From: an uncultured Verrucomicrobiae bacterium
GTDB lineage: Bacteria > Verrucomicrobiota > Verrucomicrobiia > Limisphaerales > Palsa-1400
Direction of reading: 5' to 3'
Length of the DNA stretch: 64,000 nt
Assembly: GCA_963702845.1 (NCBI GenBank)
Contig: OY969763.1
Span: forward strand, 4,224,001-4,288,000
The translations under genes and the position numbers were made by a program. Below are positions 34,455 to 45,922 of the stretch, one piece after another; position 1 is the stretch's first letter, and the number at the start of each line of letters is the position of its first letter. The notes beneath the pieces were generated by a model, which saw only the letters and a list, made by a program, of their open reading frames with translations, had not been told where the DNA came from and searched no databases.

Positions 34455-37400
34455 ATGAATCTTTGGCGTTCTGGGATGTTCCTCAAAAGCTGCGTGGCAG
34501 CGCTTTGCCTCGTTGCAACCGCCAGGGCTGCGGACAACTGGGACAATCGATTCGTCCCCCCGCCGGACACGGACGGAGAAGTGTTCACCATGGCGGCCGT
34601 GGGCAACCAAGTCTATGCAGGCGGCTCGTTTTCGACAGTCAACGGCGTCGACGCTCCCGGCATTGCAAAATGGAACGGCACGGCGTGGGAACCGGTCGGT
34701 GGCGGCGTGGATGGCGAGGTCTACGCAATTACAGTCAGCGGCAATAATGTTTACATCGGTGGTTCGTTCACTCAGGCCGGCGATGCGGATGCGCTAAATA
34801 TCGCGGTGTGGAATGGGAACTACTGGACGAACCTAGCAGCAGGACTCGACGACGGCAACAGCGATGCAACCGTCAATGCATTGCTCGTCAGCGGCACGAC
34901 TCTTTTCGCCGCGGGCTACTTCGAAATGTCTGACACCAACGCGATGACAAATATCGCGAAGTGGAACGGCACAACCTGGTCACCGGTCGGACTCGGGATC
35001 AACTATACCCCCACTGGTCCGGACGACACGCAAGTCGCCTACGTCAACGCCCTTGCCGGCAATGCCGCGAACCTTTTTGTGGGCGGGTTCTTCAATCTCG
35101 CGGGAACAAACAGTGTAACCAACCTTTCACAATGGACGGGCACGGTTTGGAACGATGTCGGCGCTGGTCTCGATTACGTCCCTTTACTGCCGGACGATGA
35201 CACGACCGCCGAAGTCGTTTCGCTCGCTCTCCAGGGCACAAATCTTTATGCGGGCGGAATCTTCAATATTTCCGGAGCAACGGAAGTCGACAATTTCGCC
35301 GTGTGGAACGGCAGCACATGGTCGATGCTCGGCGGGCCGGCAGACGACAGCGTCAATGCCATCATTGCGACCAACAACGCGGTTTATATTGGTGGAGATT
35401 TCACGACCATCGACAGCGTCGCTGCGAACGGAATGACGCGCTGGACAAACAGCCATTGGGAACCACTCAGCGCTGGATTTGACGGCGGTTCGGTCGATTG
35501 TCTGACAGTAACCAGCAGTAATTTGTTTGCTGGCGGTTCGTTCACCAGCGCAGGAGGCGTTACCGCACTGAACATCGCACGGTGGAACAACGTGAATTGG
35601 AACACTCTCGCGACTGGGTCTGCCAATGCGCCAATCGGCGACGTCAATACCTTGCTGCTATCCGGGTCGAACGTTTATGTCGGTGGCGCGTTTGATATGG
35701 CGGGACCAATTGCCGCAACGAACGTCGCTATTTGGAATGGAAGTTCGTGGACGAATGTCGGCGGCGGCGTTGATGGCGCGGTATTCGCACTCGCTGGCAA
35801 CAGCACCAATCTGCTCGTGGGCGGTTCGTTTGATTTTGCGGGAGTTGTCCCGGCAACGAATGTGGCACGATGGAACGGCTCCACGTGGAGCGCTCTTGGA
35901 AACGGGCTGGACGACACCGTATCCGCTATCGCAACGAACGGCACAAATATTTTCATTGGCGGAGCTTTCACCGCGACTGGAAGCAATCTGTTAAACCACG
36001 TCGCGCAATGGAACGGAATCAATTGGTCACCAATCAGTGGCGGCGTAGTCGACACCAATGGCGGCGATTACGTTTCTACGCTGGCTGTCAGCGGTACGAA
36101 TTTGTTCGTCGGCGGAAATTTCCAAATCGCCGGCACGGTCGCCGCACCGTTCATCGCATGTTGGAACGGCAACACATGGTCGGCATTGGGAACGAATGCG
36201 ATCGACGTTGTGACGTCACTTGCCGTGAGTGGCTCGAACCTTTACGCCGGGGGCACCTTCGCGTTCGCCAACAGCACCAACGCCGTCGCGCGCTGGGACG
36301 GCACAGCATGGGCGCCGGTTGGCGATGAGTTCGATGTCGCCGGACCGCAAGTTGCCGTGGTGGGTTCGAACGTGTTCGCGGCGGGCCAATTTACGGCCAT
36401 CGGCACCAACGCGCCAAATTACATCGCAAAATTCGATGGGCAAACATGGATACCGTTGGCCGGCGGTCTCGATGATGTTGCGTCATGTGTTGCCGCAGAC
36501 GGGACGAATGTCTTTGTGGGTGGCGCATTCACTTTCGCAGGTGATAGTCCATCGTATCACTTCGGCGTCTGGAACGACCGCACGCCAAATATCTGGCTGC
36601 CTCCGTTAGACGGCCAAATCGTGACGGCAGGATCGAATTTGACATTCAGCGCGAGCGTCGCAGGCACGCAGCCCATCAGCTACCAATGGTTCCTCAACGG
36701 CGTCGCCATCGCAGGCGCGACCAACAGCACTTTATCCAAAACAAACGTGCAATCTGCGGATATGGGCAATTATACGTTGCTCGTCTCTAATATCTATGGC
36801 GCGGTGTTGAGTGATCCCGCCAACGTGCAACTCTATTCGGTTGTCATATTCTCCGATGACTTCGAGTCGGGAACAGTTTCGAATTGGACAACGATTTCGA
36901 AAGCCGCGCCCCTCGTCATTTCAACAAATTCCCATGGCGGCCAGTACGCTGCGCTCGTAACCAATTCTCTCGCCAAGATGTATCACACTCTCGGCAGCGA
37001 AGTTGAAGGCCACTCGATGGCCACGTTTTGGATTTACGACGATCAAGGAACTCAAACGCGCTGGTTAGGCGATGTCCGCAACTACAGTGGCGGCGGTTTT
37101 GGCAGCGGCACGCTCCAGCAACAATTGGCGATAGGTTTGTATGCGACGAACTTTGGCACCGGCACAGGTGATTTGCAGGGTGAAGTTATCGACACGAACA
37201 GTTATCAGGGCCAGATCCTCGCTGGCGACAGCACCGGATTTTTCAATTTGGACGACATGCCGTTCCCACGCACCGACGGCTGGCACAAATTCCAGATCGA
37301 ACGACAGGATGATCCGACCACAATCGATTTCTGGATCGATGACGACATCTACCGCGAAATTTCTGGCGCGGCAGGAAAGACCTGGGATTCCACGACCATT

Positions 37401-39836
37401 GGTTCTGTCGGATCCGGGACCGTTGCCGGCAGCGTTTGGTTCGACGATATCAAAATCGAATACCTCGACCCGCCCGACATCCTGACCAACCCAGTCAGCC
37501 AAACCGTTGATGCTGGCGCGAACGTTACTTTTACTGTCGCTGCCACGGGCAACATCCGCAGTTATCAATGGATTAAGAACGGCGCTTTGATCGCCGGTGC
37601 AACCAAGTCCGCTTTCACCGTCACGAACGCGCAACAGAAAGCGACTTACAACGCTCTCGTCGCAAACGGCATCGGTGTGAGCGAAAGCGATGACGCGACT
37701 TTGACACTGAATGACAAACCCACAATTTTGGGCCATCCTCAAAGCGTGACCGTGCCGGCGGGCGCAAATTTCGCGTTGAGCGTCACCGCCACAGGCTCGC
37801 CGTCGAATCTCGCCTATCAATGGCGTAAGAACGGCACTGCCATCATCAACGCCGTCACCAGCGACCTCGTATTTCTCGATTGCACCAATTCCAGTGCTGG
37901 CAGTTACACCGTGGTCATCACCAATATTGCCGGGGTTGTCACCAGCGCCGTAGCTGTCGTGACCATCACCAATTCGCGACCAGTCATCACATCGCCACCG
38001 ACCAGCCAAAACGTGAACCTCGGCGGCAACGCTACTTTCTTTGCCGCTGCGGCGGGATCGCAACCGCGCACTTATCAATGGCGCTTTAACGGCACGAACA
38101 TCGCAGGTGCAACGAATAGTTTTTATCGACGCAACAGCGTTCAAGCGACAAACGCCGGATCGTATTCAGTTGTTGTTTCCAATTCATTTGGCAGCGTGAC
38201 CAGCGCGCTCGCCGTGCTCACGCTTAACTTCCCGCCGAGTATTACCACGCAGCCTTTAGGCCAGGCGGTAGCCGCCGGTACGAACGTCACCTTATCTGTA
38301 GTGGCAACCGGCACCGCCCAGCTCGAATATCAATGGTATGCTCAGCTCGTTGGCGTTTCTCCCGCCGTTCCAGTCGCGCTGGATGGCGAAACGAGCGATA
38401 CATTGACGATCTTTAGTCCGGACTCATCCGATGCCGGTACATATTCCGTCCTCGTTTACAACCTGGCCGGGCATGTGATGAGTTCCAACGCGACGCTCGT
38501 CGTGAACGGTCCGCCAGTGGTGCTCGACGATCCGCAGGACATCACGGTTTCCGCCGGATCGAATGCTGTTTTCGCCGTGAACGCGGTTGGCAAAGCTCCC
38601 GTCACCTATCAATGGACGCGCAACGGCGCGAACATCGCGCTCGCCACCAATACTGTCTACGTGCGGACGAATGTGCAGCCGGCCGACGTCGGGCTGTATG
38701 CTGTGACAATTGCTAACTCATATGGATCGGTCACCAGCGGCAGCGCGGTTCTATCGCTCGATTCATTCTCAGTGTTCTTCGACAATTTCGAATCGGGCCT
38801 GGGCAATTGGACGACTGTTTCCGGTGCGAGGGCGCTCACAAATTCAATCGCGCAAGTCCATTCCGGCACCAACAGCGCGGCGTGCAATAGTTCGGCCGGA
38901 AAGATGTTCCACAACCTGTCGTTCGCCGTGGAAGGCCATGCCCGCGCGACATTCTGGATCTATGACAACAATGGTTCCCTTTCCAACTGGTTCGGCGAAA
39001 TGCGGAGTTATGTGGGCAGCACCAATGGAAAACCTGCGCAAATCCTCGGTTCGGGTGTGTTCACGTATCCGTTCCCGACCAATGCCACCGGTCAGTTTAT
39101 CGGCCTCACACCAGACACGAACAATTACCAGGGTTACATCCTGAGCGGCTACGATAGCGGCTACTTCGATTTCGGCGATCCAAGCGCCCCATTACGCACC
39201 AATGGCTGGCACCAGTTCGTCATGGAACGCAATGCTGATGAAACCACGATCAGTTTCTCCGTCGACGGCAACGAACTCGCGGTTGTTTATGACACGACTC
39301 CCGCAAACTGGGATTCCGTGTTCATTGGTTCGGCTGGCAAAGGCAATACAAATGGCAGCGTTTGGTTTGACGACATCAAGGTCGAATACCTCGACCCGCC
39401 CGTGATTCTAAGCGACCCCGCAGACGCGTCGGTAAACCCCGGCCAGGGCGCGTTCTTCAGCGTCAGCGCGCGCGGCAATGTTAACGGATACCAATGGCTC
39501 TTCAACGGTGCTGCGATCGCCAATGCGACCAACACCAGTTATACCATAGCCGGCGCACAAACGAACAACGCCGGTTTCTACTCGGCCATTGCTATAAATG
39601 GCGTTGGTGCGACGCAGAGTAACCCGGGATTGCTTACGATTGTTCCATATCCACCGACGCTGACGTTCGCAGCATCGAGTGGTTCGCTGCACTTCTCAGT
39701 CGACCAAAACTCCACGATTTTCAGTTCAACGAACCTGGTCGACTGGGTGGCGATTGGAACAAATCTGACAAACCTGGACGTACCGCTTACAAACAAAGTG
39801 CGGTTCTTCAAAGCAGGCGTGGCCACCTACCCCTGA
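34455..39836 (+). CDS. Large secreted surface protein: beta-propeller repeats, multiple Ig-like domains and two sugar-binding-like domains
   Basis: Repeated YAGG.F...IA.WNG..W units, YQW..NG..I.GAT Ig motifs, duplicated F.D.FESG...WFDDIK.EYLDPP domain. Confidence 0.85.
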   Translation: MNLWRSGMFLKSCVAALCLVATARAADNWDNRFVPPPDTDGEVFTMAAVGNQVYAGGSFSTVNGVDAPGIAKWNGTAWEPVGGGVDGEVYAITVSGNNVYIGGSFTQAGDADALNIAVWNGNYWTNLAAGLDDGNSDATVNALLVSGTTLFAAGYFEMSDTNAMTNIAKWNGTTWSPVGLGINYTPTGPDDTQVAYVNALAGNAANLFVGGFFNLAGTNSVTNLSQWTGTVWNDVGAGLDYVPLLPDDDTTAEVVSLALQGTNLYAGGIFNISGATEVDNFAVWNGSTWSMLGGPADDSVNAIIATNNAVYIGGDFTTIDSVAANGMTRWTNSHWEPLSAGFDGGSVDCLTVTSSNLFAGGSFTSAGGVTALNIARWNNVNWNTLATGSANAPIGDVNTLLLSGSNVYVGGAFDMAGPIAATNVAIWNGSSWTNVGGGVDGAVFALAGNSTNLLVGGSFDFAGVVPATNVARWNGSTWSALGNGLDDTVSAIATNGTNIFIGGAFTATGSNLLNHVAQWNGINWSPISGGVVDTNGGDYVSTLAVSGTNLFVGGNFQIAGTVAAPFIACWNGNTWSALGTNAIDVVTSLAVSGSNLYAGGTFAFANSTNAVARWDGTAWAPVGDEFDVAGPQVAVVGSNVFAAGQFTAIGTNAPNYIAKFDGQTWIPLAGGLDDVASCVAADGTNVFVGGAFTFAGDSPSYHFGVWNDRTPNIWLPPLDGQIVTAGSNLTFSASVAGTQPISYQWFLNGVAIAGATNSTLSKTNVQSADMGNYTLLVSNIYGAVLSDPANVQLYSVVIFSDDFESGTVSNWTTISKAAPLVISTNSHGGQYAALVTNSLAKMYHTLGSEVEGHSMATFWIYDDQGTQTRWLGDVRNYSGGGFGSGTLQQQLAIGLYATNFGTGTGDLQGEVIDTNSYQGQILAGDSTGFFNLDDMPFPRTDGWHKFQIERQDDPTTIDFWIDDDIYREISGAAGKTWDSTTIGSVGSGTVAGSVWFDDIKIEYLDPPDILTNPVSQTVDAGANVTFTVAATGNIRSYQWIKNGALIAGATKSAFTVTNAQQKATYNALVANGIGVSESDDATLTLNDKPTILGHPQSVTVPAGANFALSVTATGSPSNLAYQWRKNGTAIINAVTSDLVFLDCTNSSAGSYTVVITNIAGVVTSAVAVVTITNSRPVITSPPTSQNVNLGGNATFFAAAAGSQPRTYQWRFNGTNIAGATNSFYRRNSVQATNAGSYSVVVSNSFGSVTSALAVLTLNFPPSITTQPLGQAVAAGTNVTLSVVATGTAQLEYQWYAQLVGVSPAVPVALDGETSDTLTIFSPDSSDAGTYSVLVYNLAGHVMSSNATLVVNGPPVVLDDPQDITVSAGSNAVFAVNAVGKAPVTYQWTRNGANIALATNTVYVRTNVQPADVGLYAVTIANSYGSVTSGSAVLSLDSFSVFFDNFESGLGNWTTVSGARALTNSIAQVHSGTNSAACNSSAGKMFHNLSFAVEGHARATFWIYDNNGSLSNWFGEMRSYVGSTNGKPAQILGSGVFTYPFPTNATGQFIGLTPDTNNYQGYILSGYDSGYFDFGDPSAPLRTNGWHQFVMERNADETTISFSVDGNELAVVYDTTPANWDSVFIGSAGKGNTNGSVWFDDIKVEYLDPPVILSDPADASVNPGQGAFFSVSARGNVNGYQWLFNGAAIANATNTSYTIAGAQTNNAGFYSAIAINGVGATQSNPGLLTIVPYPPTLTFAASSGSLHFSVDQNSTIFSSTNLVDWVAIGTNLTNLDVPLTNKVRFFKAGVATYP

Positions 39837-39843
39837 GGCGCCG

Positions 39844-40896
39844 CTATTCATCCAACAACTCCCGTTGCCAATGCATCAACCCTTTGCGATGCCCTTCGAA
39901 ATCCTGCGCCAACTGCAACATCGTCGCGCGACTCGCAATCAGCGTCGGATCAATTGCCAGCTCGACCGCATGTTTATCCCGGCGCTTCTGCAATGCTTCA
40001 AACCGCCGGCGCTCCTCCTCCGTCTGTCTACGTGGCATCGAGCGTAGCGGATGCGGGTGCTGTTGTGGTGGCAATGTCTGCGCAATCGTAATCGCATGAT
40101 GCAATGCATCGGCACGTCGCGATGAAAAATGTCGCGGCAAAGCAAACGAACGCTCTTCCGAAACTGCCCGGGCAATGTCCACCAGAGATTCGTGTGACAA
40201 AACAAAATACGGCGGTTTGTTCGCACGCACCGCCTCCGTTTCGCGCCACTGCCATATTTCCCGCATCACGGCCAACCCTGCTCGCGACAACGTGTGACTG
40301 CCTTTGACGCGCCAAACCGTTTCCGGATCAGGCGCCGACGGCAGCGCGCAATCCTGGATCAAGCGTTGGCAAGATTCTTCCAGCCATTTCAACCGATGCT
40401 TCTCCTTCAATTGAAACGCCAGCAAATCGCGCAATGGTTTCAAATAGTGCGTATCATTGCGGGCGTATTCTTCCATCCGCGATGTCAAAGGCCGACGCGC
40501 CCAATCAGCTTTTTGAGAACCTTTGTCGAGAGTGACATTGAGATATCTGGAAACGAGATTCGTCAGCCCGAACTCACGATCGCCAAGCAATCGCGACGCC
40601 AGCATCGTGTCGAAAATTCGGCTCGGCACGAACCCATGATTCTTCCGCAATAAACGCAGGTCGTAATCCGACCCATGCATGATCAGTTCATGCTGTTGCA
40701 AAACCGGCCAGATCGGCGTGAGGTCGATGCCACTGAGAGGATCGACCAGACGGTCAGCTCCTGGAACACTGATTTGCAGCAGGCAAAGCTTCTCCGGATA
40801 CGCGTGTAAGCTGTCCGCTTCGGTATCGAGCGCAACCCATTCGGCCGAACTCAGCTTCGGCAAAAAGTCTGCAAGGATCGGTTGGGCATCGATCAT
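39844..40896 (-). CDS. rnd: Ribonuclease D (3'-5' exonuclease + HRDC)
   Basis: ALDTEADSLH, LCLLQIS, HGSDYDL, FDTMLA, ADWARRPL, YARNDT. Confidence 0.9.
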   Translation of the reverse strand: MIDAQPILADFLPKLSSAEWVALDTEADSLHAYPEKLCLLQISVPGADRLVDPLSGIDLTPIWPVLQQHELIMHGSDYDLRLLRKNHGFVPSRIFDTMLASRLLGDREFGLTNLVSRYLNVTLDKGSQKADWARRPLTSRMEEYARNDTHYLKPLRDLLAFQLKEKHRLKWLEESCQRLIQDCALPSAPDPETVWRVKGSHTLSRAGLAVMREIWQWRETEAVRANKPPYFVLSHESLVDIARAVSEERSFALPRHFSSRRADALHHAITIAQTLPPQQHPHPLRSMPRRQTEEERRRFEALQKRRDKHAVELAIDPTLIASRATMLQLAQDFEGHRKGLMHWQRELLDE

Positions 40897-41016
40897 GTCA
40901 AATCAAAGGTAAAACACCCGATTGAAATGGGAAAGCGCTTTATAGAGGGTCTCGGAATATCGCAAAGCAGATTCAATTCTCGAGATCTTTCGCGTTTTTC
41001 GCGGCCTTTGCGAGAC

Positions 41017-41812
41017 TCATGTTTGTGATTTCGCATTCAACTTTCCTGCAACCTTACCACTCAACATCGACGGCGAACACTTCGCCAATCCCACCAGAAT
41101 CCGGTTCATCATTCCTGGAATAACAATCGGTTTACCATTCATCATCGCTCGATATCCGATTTCCGCCACCGTCTGCGCCGACATCGCTTTCATCATCCCG
41201 TGCCGCATCAACTTGCTTCGGTCCAAACCGGCGCGTTTATGAAATTCCGTCGCAGTGGTTCCCGGGCAGATCGCAGTCACCGTCACGCCAGAGTTCTTAA
41301 GTTCGACGCTCAGCGCCGCGGAAAACGAAAGAACAAACGCTTTGGTCGCGCCATAAACACCCAGCAGCGGATCAGGCTGATAGGCGGCGACGGAAGCGAC
41401 GTTCAAGATTTTCCCTTCACGACGCGCGAGCATTTGTTTCAGGAACAACTTGGTCAGTCACAACCACCGATTCCATATTCAACCGCAGCACCGCGATGTC
41501 CCTGTCCAACGCCGTGTCGGCAAACGCGCCATACACTCCAGAGCCCGCATTATTAATCAGCACTGAAACTGGAAAGTTTTCCCGCTGGAGCCGATCATAA
41601 ATCTGTCGTGGCGTTTCCACTTTCGCCAAATCCGCCACAATCACCTTAACGTCACGTCCAAATTTCTGTTTCAGTTCAGCCGCCACCGTGTTCAACCGCT
41701 GCTCGTCCCGCGCCACCAACGCCAGATCAAAACCATGCGTAGCGAGGATGTGCGCAAGCTCGTATCCGATTCCCGTCGAAGCTCCCGTGATCAGCACTGA
41801 TTTTGTTGTCAT
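41017..41812 (-). CDS. SDR family oxidoreductase (frameshift near 41460)
   Basis: ITGASTGIG, LINNAG, YGATKAFV. Confidence 0.88.
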
Positions 41813-41864
41813 AGCTGGATACTCAAACGCTATACTCAAGCGCGTATACTAACTAGGCCATTCT

Positions 41865-42920
41865 ATGAAACGCTTGTTCATCACAATCGCGCTTCTTCTC
41901 GTCTGCATCGCCGCGCGTGCCGATTCAATCGACGACAAAGTCCGTGCCGCCATGGATAGGCAACGCATTCCCGGCCTCTCCCTCGCGATCATCAAAGATG
42001 GCAAGATCATCAAAGCCGCCGGATACGGTTTTGCGAACGTCGAAAAGAAAATCCCGGCGACACCCAAAACGATTTACCCACTCGCATCCGTCACCAAACA
42101 ATTCATAGCCGCAGGAACTTTGCTCTTAGTTGAACAAGGCAAGGTGAAGCTCGACGATCCAGTTTCAAAATACCTGCACAACACACCCGCGGCATGGACC
42201 AACATCACCGTTCGCCGACTTCTGTCACACACGGCTGGTTTGAAACGCGAAGATTCGCTCGGGTTGTTTTCGAATCCGACCGACGCAGAATTGCTCGAAG
42301 CAATCACCAAGATGCCGCTGCAATCCGAACCGGGCAAAGAATGGTCCTACAGCAATGCCGGTTTCAATTTGTGGTCCTTCGCGTTGGCCGAACAGGTCAA
42401 TGAAAGCTGGGACAAATATCTCGGCGAAAAAATTTTCCAGCCACTACACATGGACAACACGTTCCACATTCCCGCTCAACCAACGGGCACAAATTTCGCC
42501 ATCGGCTATACGACCAATCGCTCTGGCGAGTGGCAACGCGCACCGAAAATGGACCGCACCTTCGCTTCCGGCGGCATCGCCTCAACCGTGCTCGACATGG
42601 CCAAATGGGACGCCGCGCTTTACACCGAACAAATCTTGAAACGGTCCAGTTTCGACCAACTCGTCACCCGCACAAAACTCTCCAGCGGCGAATTAGTGAA
42701 AATCAGGACTGCCTGGAGCTACAGTCTCGGCTGGGGCGTCGGCACCAACGCATTAGGCCACAACGTAATGTCCCACAACGGCAGCCGCCCCGGTTTTTCC
42801 ACACATATAGTGCGCTGCTACGAAGACAAACTTACCGTTGTCATCCTCTGTAACGAGTGGCACGTCGATACCGCGCTGCCCATCCTCGCGCGGCGAATTT
42901 TGACGGAATATCTTCCGTGA
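41865..42920 (+). CDS. Serine hydrolase, beta-lactamase/class C family
   Basis: SVTK, LLSHTAG, YSN, HNGS motifs; signal peptide. Confidence 0.88.
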   Translation: MKRLFITIALLLVCIAARADSIDDKVRAAMDRQRIPGLSLAIIKDGKIIKAAGYGFANVEKKIPATPKTIYPLASVTKQFIAAGTLLLVEQGKVKLDDPVSKYLHNTPAAWTNITVRRLLSHTAGLKREDSLGLFSNPTDAELLEAITKMPLQSEPGKEWSYSNAGFNLWSFALAEQVNESWDKYLGEKIFQPLHMDNTFHIPAQPTGTNFAIGYTTNRSGEWQRAPKMDRTFASGGIASTVLDMAKWDAALYTEQILKRSSFDQLVTRTKLSSGELVKIRTAWSYSLGWGVGTNALGHNVMSHNGSRPGFSTHIVRCYEDKLTVVILCNEWHVDTALPILARRILTEYLP

Positions 42921-42958
42921 TTGCTCGCTTACTAAATGGTGGGAGTTGCGATCGTCAA

Positions 42959-44434
42959 TTACGGCCCCTGCATCACCCGATATATCCGCATGCCGTCTCC
43001 TGAATTCGTATCAACGAAGATCGAGTCCGGGCCCATAACATTCGTCACCGCCAACGTGGTCCAGTTCGTCAGGTCGGTCGTAAATTGAATCGTGTAATTC
43101 CGATTGCTCATTCCGGCGAGATGCAATTGAAATTGCGAACCATCCAAAAACAGTGGCGCAATCAACCGCGGCGGAGGTGTCGGCAGTATATTGATCGTCA
43201 GGTTCGTCGTCGTTGTCTGCAGCAGGTTGTCCGTGACCTGAACCGTAAACGTGTATGCCCCCTCTTGCGTTGGTAAGCCGGTCAATTGATTAGGCTGATT
43301 TTGATTCGTCGCCAATCCCGGCGGCAATGTTCCACCTACGATGCTCCATGTGAACGGCCAGTAACCGCCGGAAGTGTACAGCCAGTCGCTGTATGGAAGT
43401 CCATTAGTGCCTGCGACCATGTTCGTGCCAATCTGCAGCGGCGCATTCGTGAAATACGTCAAAGTAATCGCAACGTTGGTGCTTGCCACAGTTACCGTGT
43501 TACTTTTGTAAATCTGACAGTCCAAATCCATCGCGTCCAGGGCGACGCAATCCGGATGCAACGACCACGACCCGTCGCACACATACAGCACCGCAATCCC
43601 GTTTGTATCGGTGCGTTGCGCGGTGGCAATGTATGCTGGAACACTTCCCAACAAATCCGCCGTCACCTCGATATTCGTGATCGGGAATCTAGTCGAAACA
43701 ATTGTCTCATCATAGTGAAAGTCAAAATGATTGGTTGGATAAATCGGATGAAACAAATTTGTTGGGCCAACGAAATTCGTTGGATCGTATATCGGACCGT
43801 AAATCACATTCGTATCATAGATGCCAATAATAATATTCGTATCGTAGGAGCTGGATATAACGTTGGTATTGAACGGGCCGTGTTTATTCGGATCATACAG
43901 ACCGATCCAATAGTTGGTGTCCGTCGAATCAAAGCTGTCGACGAGAACAGACCCGCCATTAAAAGTTATGGTACTTTTTGCTACCAACCCTCCGTGAAAT
44001 CCGTCCCTACCACCGTTCACGAGCGTCACTGTAATGCTTCCCGTAATTCGACGCGCCACCAAGTTGACATTTGTCACACTTGCACCCGAACTGATCGTTT
44101 CAAAAACTCGCGGACTAACTAACCCACGCGATAAGACGCCCACATCTGGATGGACATCCAATTGTAGAAAATAGCCGCCGCCGATGACGCCCATTTGAAA
44201 ATTACCATTGTCGTCCGTCAGTGCATTGAATTTGTTCGTGACGTCGTCCTGACCAAACGCAAACACGTTGATGTTTGTCAGCGGAACACCAAAATCATCC
44301 ACAACCCGTCCGGACAAAAACGCGTCCGTCGCCACAGGATCAGCATGCGACTGTCCTGCGAAAAGAAAACAAACACACATCGCGACCGCGAGGGCCGACG
44401 TACGTAGCTTTTCACTATGATTTTGCCAAATCAC
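42959..44434 (-). CDS. Secreted protein with carboxypeptidase-regulatory-like and putative Ig (He_PIG-like) domains
   Basis: SGRVVD..G.P, TD.NGNF, WSI.GGTLPPGL, G.YTFTVQVTD. Confidence 0.7.
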   Translation of the reverse strand: MIWQNHSEKLRTSALAVAMCVCFLFAGQSHADPVATDAFLSGRVVDDFGVPLTNINVFAFGQDDVTNKFNALTDDNGNFQMGVIGGGYFLQLDVHPDVGVLSRGLVSPRVFETISSGASVTNVNLVARRITGSITVTLVNGGRDGFHGGLVAKSTITFNGGSVLVDSFDSTDTNYWIGLYDPNKHGPFNTNVISSSYDTNIIIGIYDTNVIYGPIYDPTNFVGPTNLFHPIYPTNHFDFHYDETIVSTRFPITNIEVTADLLGSVPAYIATAQRTDTNGIAVLYVCDGSWSLHPDCVALDAMDLDCQIYKSNTVTVASTNVAITLTYFTNAPLQIGTNMVAGTNGLPYSDWLYTSGGYWPFTWSIVGGTLPPGLATNQNQPNQLTGLPTQEGAYTFTVQVTDNLLQTTTTNLTINILPTPPPRLIAPLFLDGSQFQLHLAGMSNRNYTIQFTTDLTNWTTLAVTNVMGPDSIFVDTNSGDGMRIYRVMQGP

Positions 44435-44610
44435 GTGCTCTTGACAGGCAGCTTACATGCCAATGTCATTGCTGATAAACTGCATGTGTGTCAGTCTTCG
44501 CATCCGGCGAATCGTCGATTACTCGCATGCAATCGAGCGCGAACAATCGACCAGAACTTGCTGGTAAATCCATTGCTGATCAAACCGGGTTCGTGTAGTA
44601 TTCGTGTGTT

Positions 44611-44835
44611 ATGCGGACCATTACAATTGATGACGACGCCTACAAGCTGCTCTCTAAATTAAAACAGCATGGGGACTCCTTTACCAAGGTAATCAAACGT
44701 CACATCAGAATTCCTGCTGACACCTGCGGCGAACTCCTCGAGCGTTTGGAATCAGGACCACTTCCTGATGTGGATGAAACGATGTTTGAAGTTTTGGAAA
44801 AGGGTAAAGGCCGGCGCTCTCCGCGCCGCTTATGA
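44611..44835 (+). CDS. vapB: VapB-family antitoxin
   Basis: MRTITIDDDAYKLL..LK..GDSF.KVI; overlaps PIN toxin start (ATGA). Confidence 0.8.
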   Translation: MRTITIDDDAYKLLSKLKQHGDSFTKVIKRHIRIPADTCGELLERLESGPLPDVDETMFEVLEKGKGRRSPRRL

Positions 44836-45209
44836 TCGCAGATACTACGTTTCTAAGCGATCTAACCAGAGAGCAGCGTAACGGAATTCGCGGCGCTGCC
44901 AGTTTGTTTTTCAACAAGCACCGAACTCAGAAAATCCGCACGTCGATTATCAGTGCAGGCGAAATCTCTTTGTTGTTTCGGCGGACGGATCACGCGTGGG
45001 AGTGGCTAACGAATTGGACGATTTACAGGCTGCACGCAGGCATCGTCAACGCTGCTACTGAAATTGATCGCCACTTGATCAAGACCGGCCAACGTTTGGG
45101 TGAAAATGACAATTGGATTGCAGGTTTTGCGGCTTACTATCGCGAACCGTTGGTAAGCCGTGATGCGCGCTTCGACGATGCGCCCGGCGTGCGCAGAATT
45201 TCATATTGA
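44832..45209 (+). CDS. vapC: PIN-domain VapC toxin
   Basis: IADTTFL, GE, ENDNWIAG.A, LVSRD..F. Confidence 0.85.
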   Translation: MIADTTFLSDLTREQRNGIRGAASLFFNKHRTQKIRTSIISAGEISLLFRRTDHAWEWLTNWTIYRLHAGIVNAATEIDRHLIKTGQRLGENDNWIAGFAAYYREPLVSRDARFDDAPGVRRISY

Positions 45210-45471
45210 TCGCGCAACCAATTAGTCAATCTCTTCCACTAGCAACATTGCCTGACGTTTCACTGCCGTCAGCCTGACGTTTATTTTCGGTCACAAACTC
45301 CTTTCCATCAACTGCTATGACACCCTGACGGCTTTTTATCCCCTGACTATTAGGTATACCAACTTCAAAACGTTCCAGGAAATACATGAAATACTTGTTG
45401 CATGGTGTTTCCGCCCTGCTATATTCCCCGCTCCGTTTCCCTTGGGGTTACGGGGATAAATTTACGTACCG

Positions 45472-45864
45472 ATGCCAACTATCAATCAACTCGTCCGTCA
45501 TGGACGCAATAAATTGCGCAGCAAGTCCAAAGCGCCGGCCTTGCAGAATTCGCCTTTTCGTCGCGGCGTGTGCATCCAGGTGATGACCCGTACGCCCAAG
45601 AAGCCAAACTCCGCCATGCGCAAAGTGGCGAAAGTCCGTTTGACCAACGGCTTTGAAATCATCGCCTACATTCCGGATGAAGGCCATAACTTGCAAGAAC
45701 ACTCCATCGTGCTCGTGCGCGGCGGCCGTGTTAAAGATTTACCCGGTGTGCGTTATCACATCGTGCGCGGCACCCTCGACGCCGCCGGCGTTGAAAAGCG
45801 CCGCGTCAGTCGCTCGAAATACGGCGTCAAACGCCCGAAGGCCGCTAAACCAGCCGCTGCGTAA
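45472..45864 (+). CDS. rpsL: 30S ribosomal protein S12
   Basis: [39 protein letters not shown]. Confidence 0.99.
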   Translation: MPTINQLVRHGRNKLRSKSKAPALQNSPFRRGVCIQVMTRTPKKPNSAMRKVAKVRLTNGFEIIAYIPDEGHNLQEHSIVLVRGGRVKDLPGVRYHIVRGTLDAAGVEKRRVSRSKYGVKRPKAAKPAAA

Positions 45865-45922
45865 GTCATGGTGAAATACACCTAGATACACCTAAATACA
45901 CCTTTAACGAAATTTTTGGATT

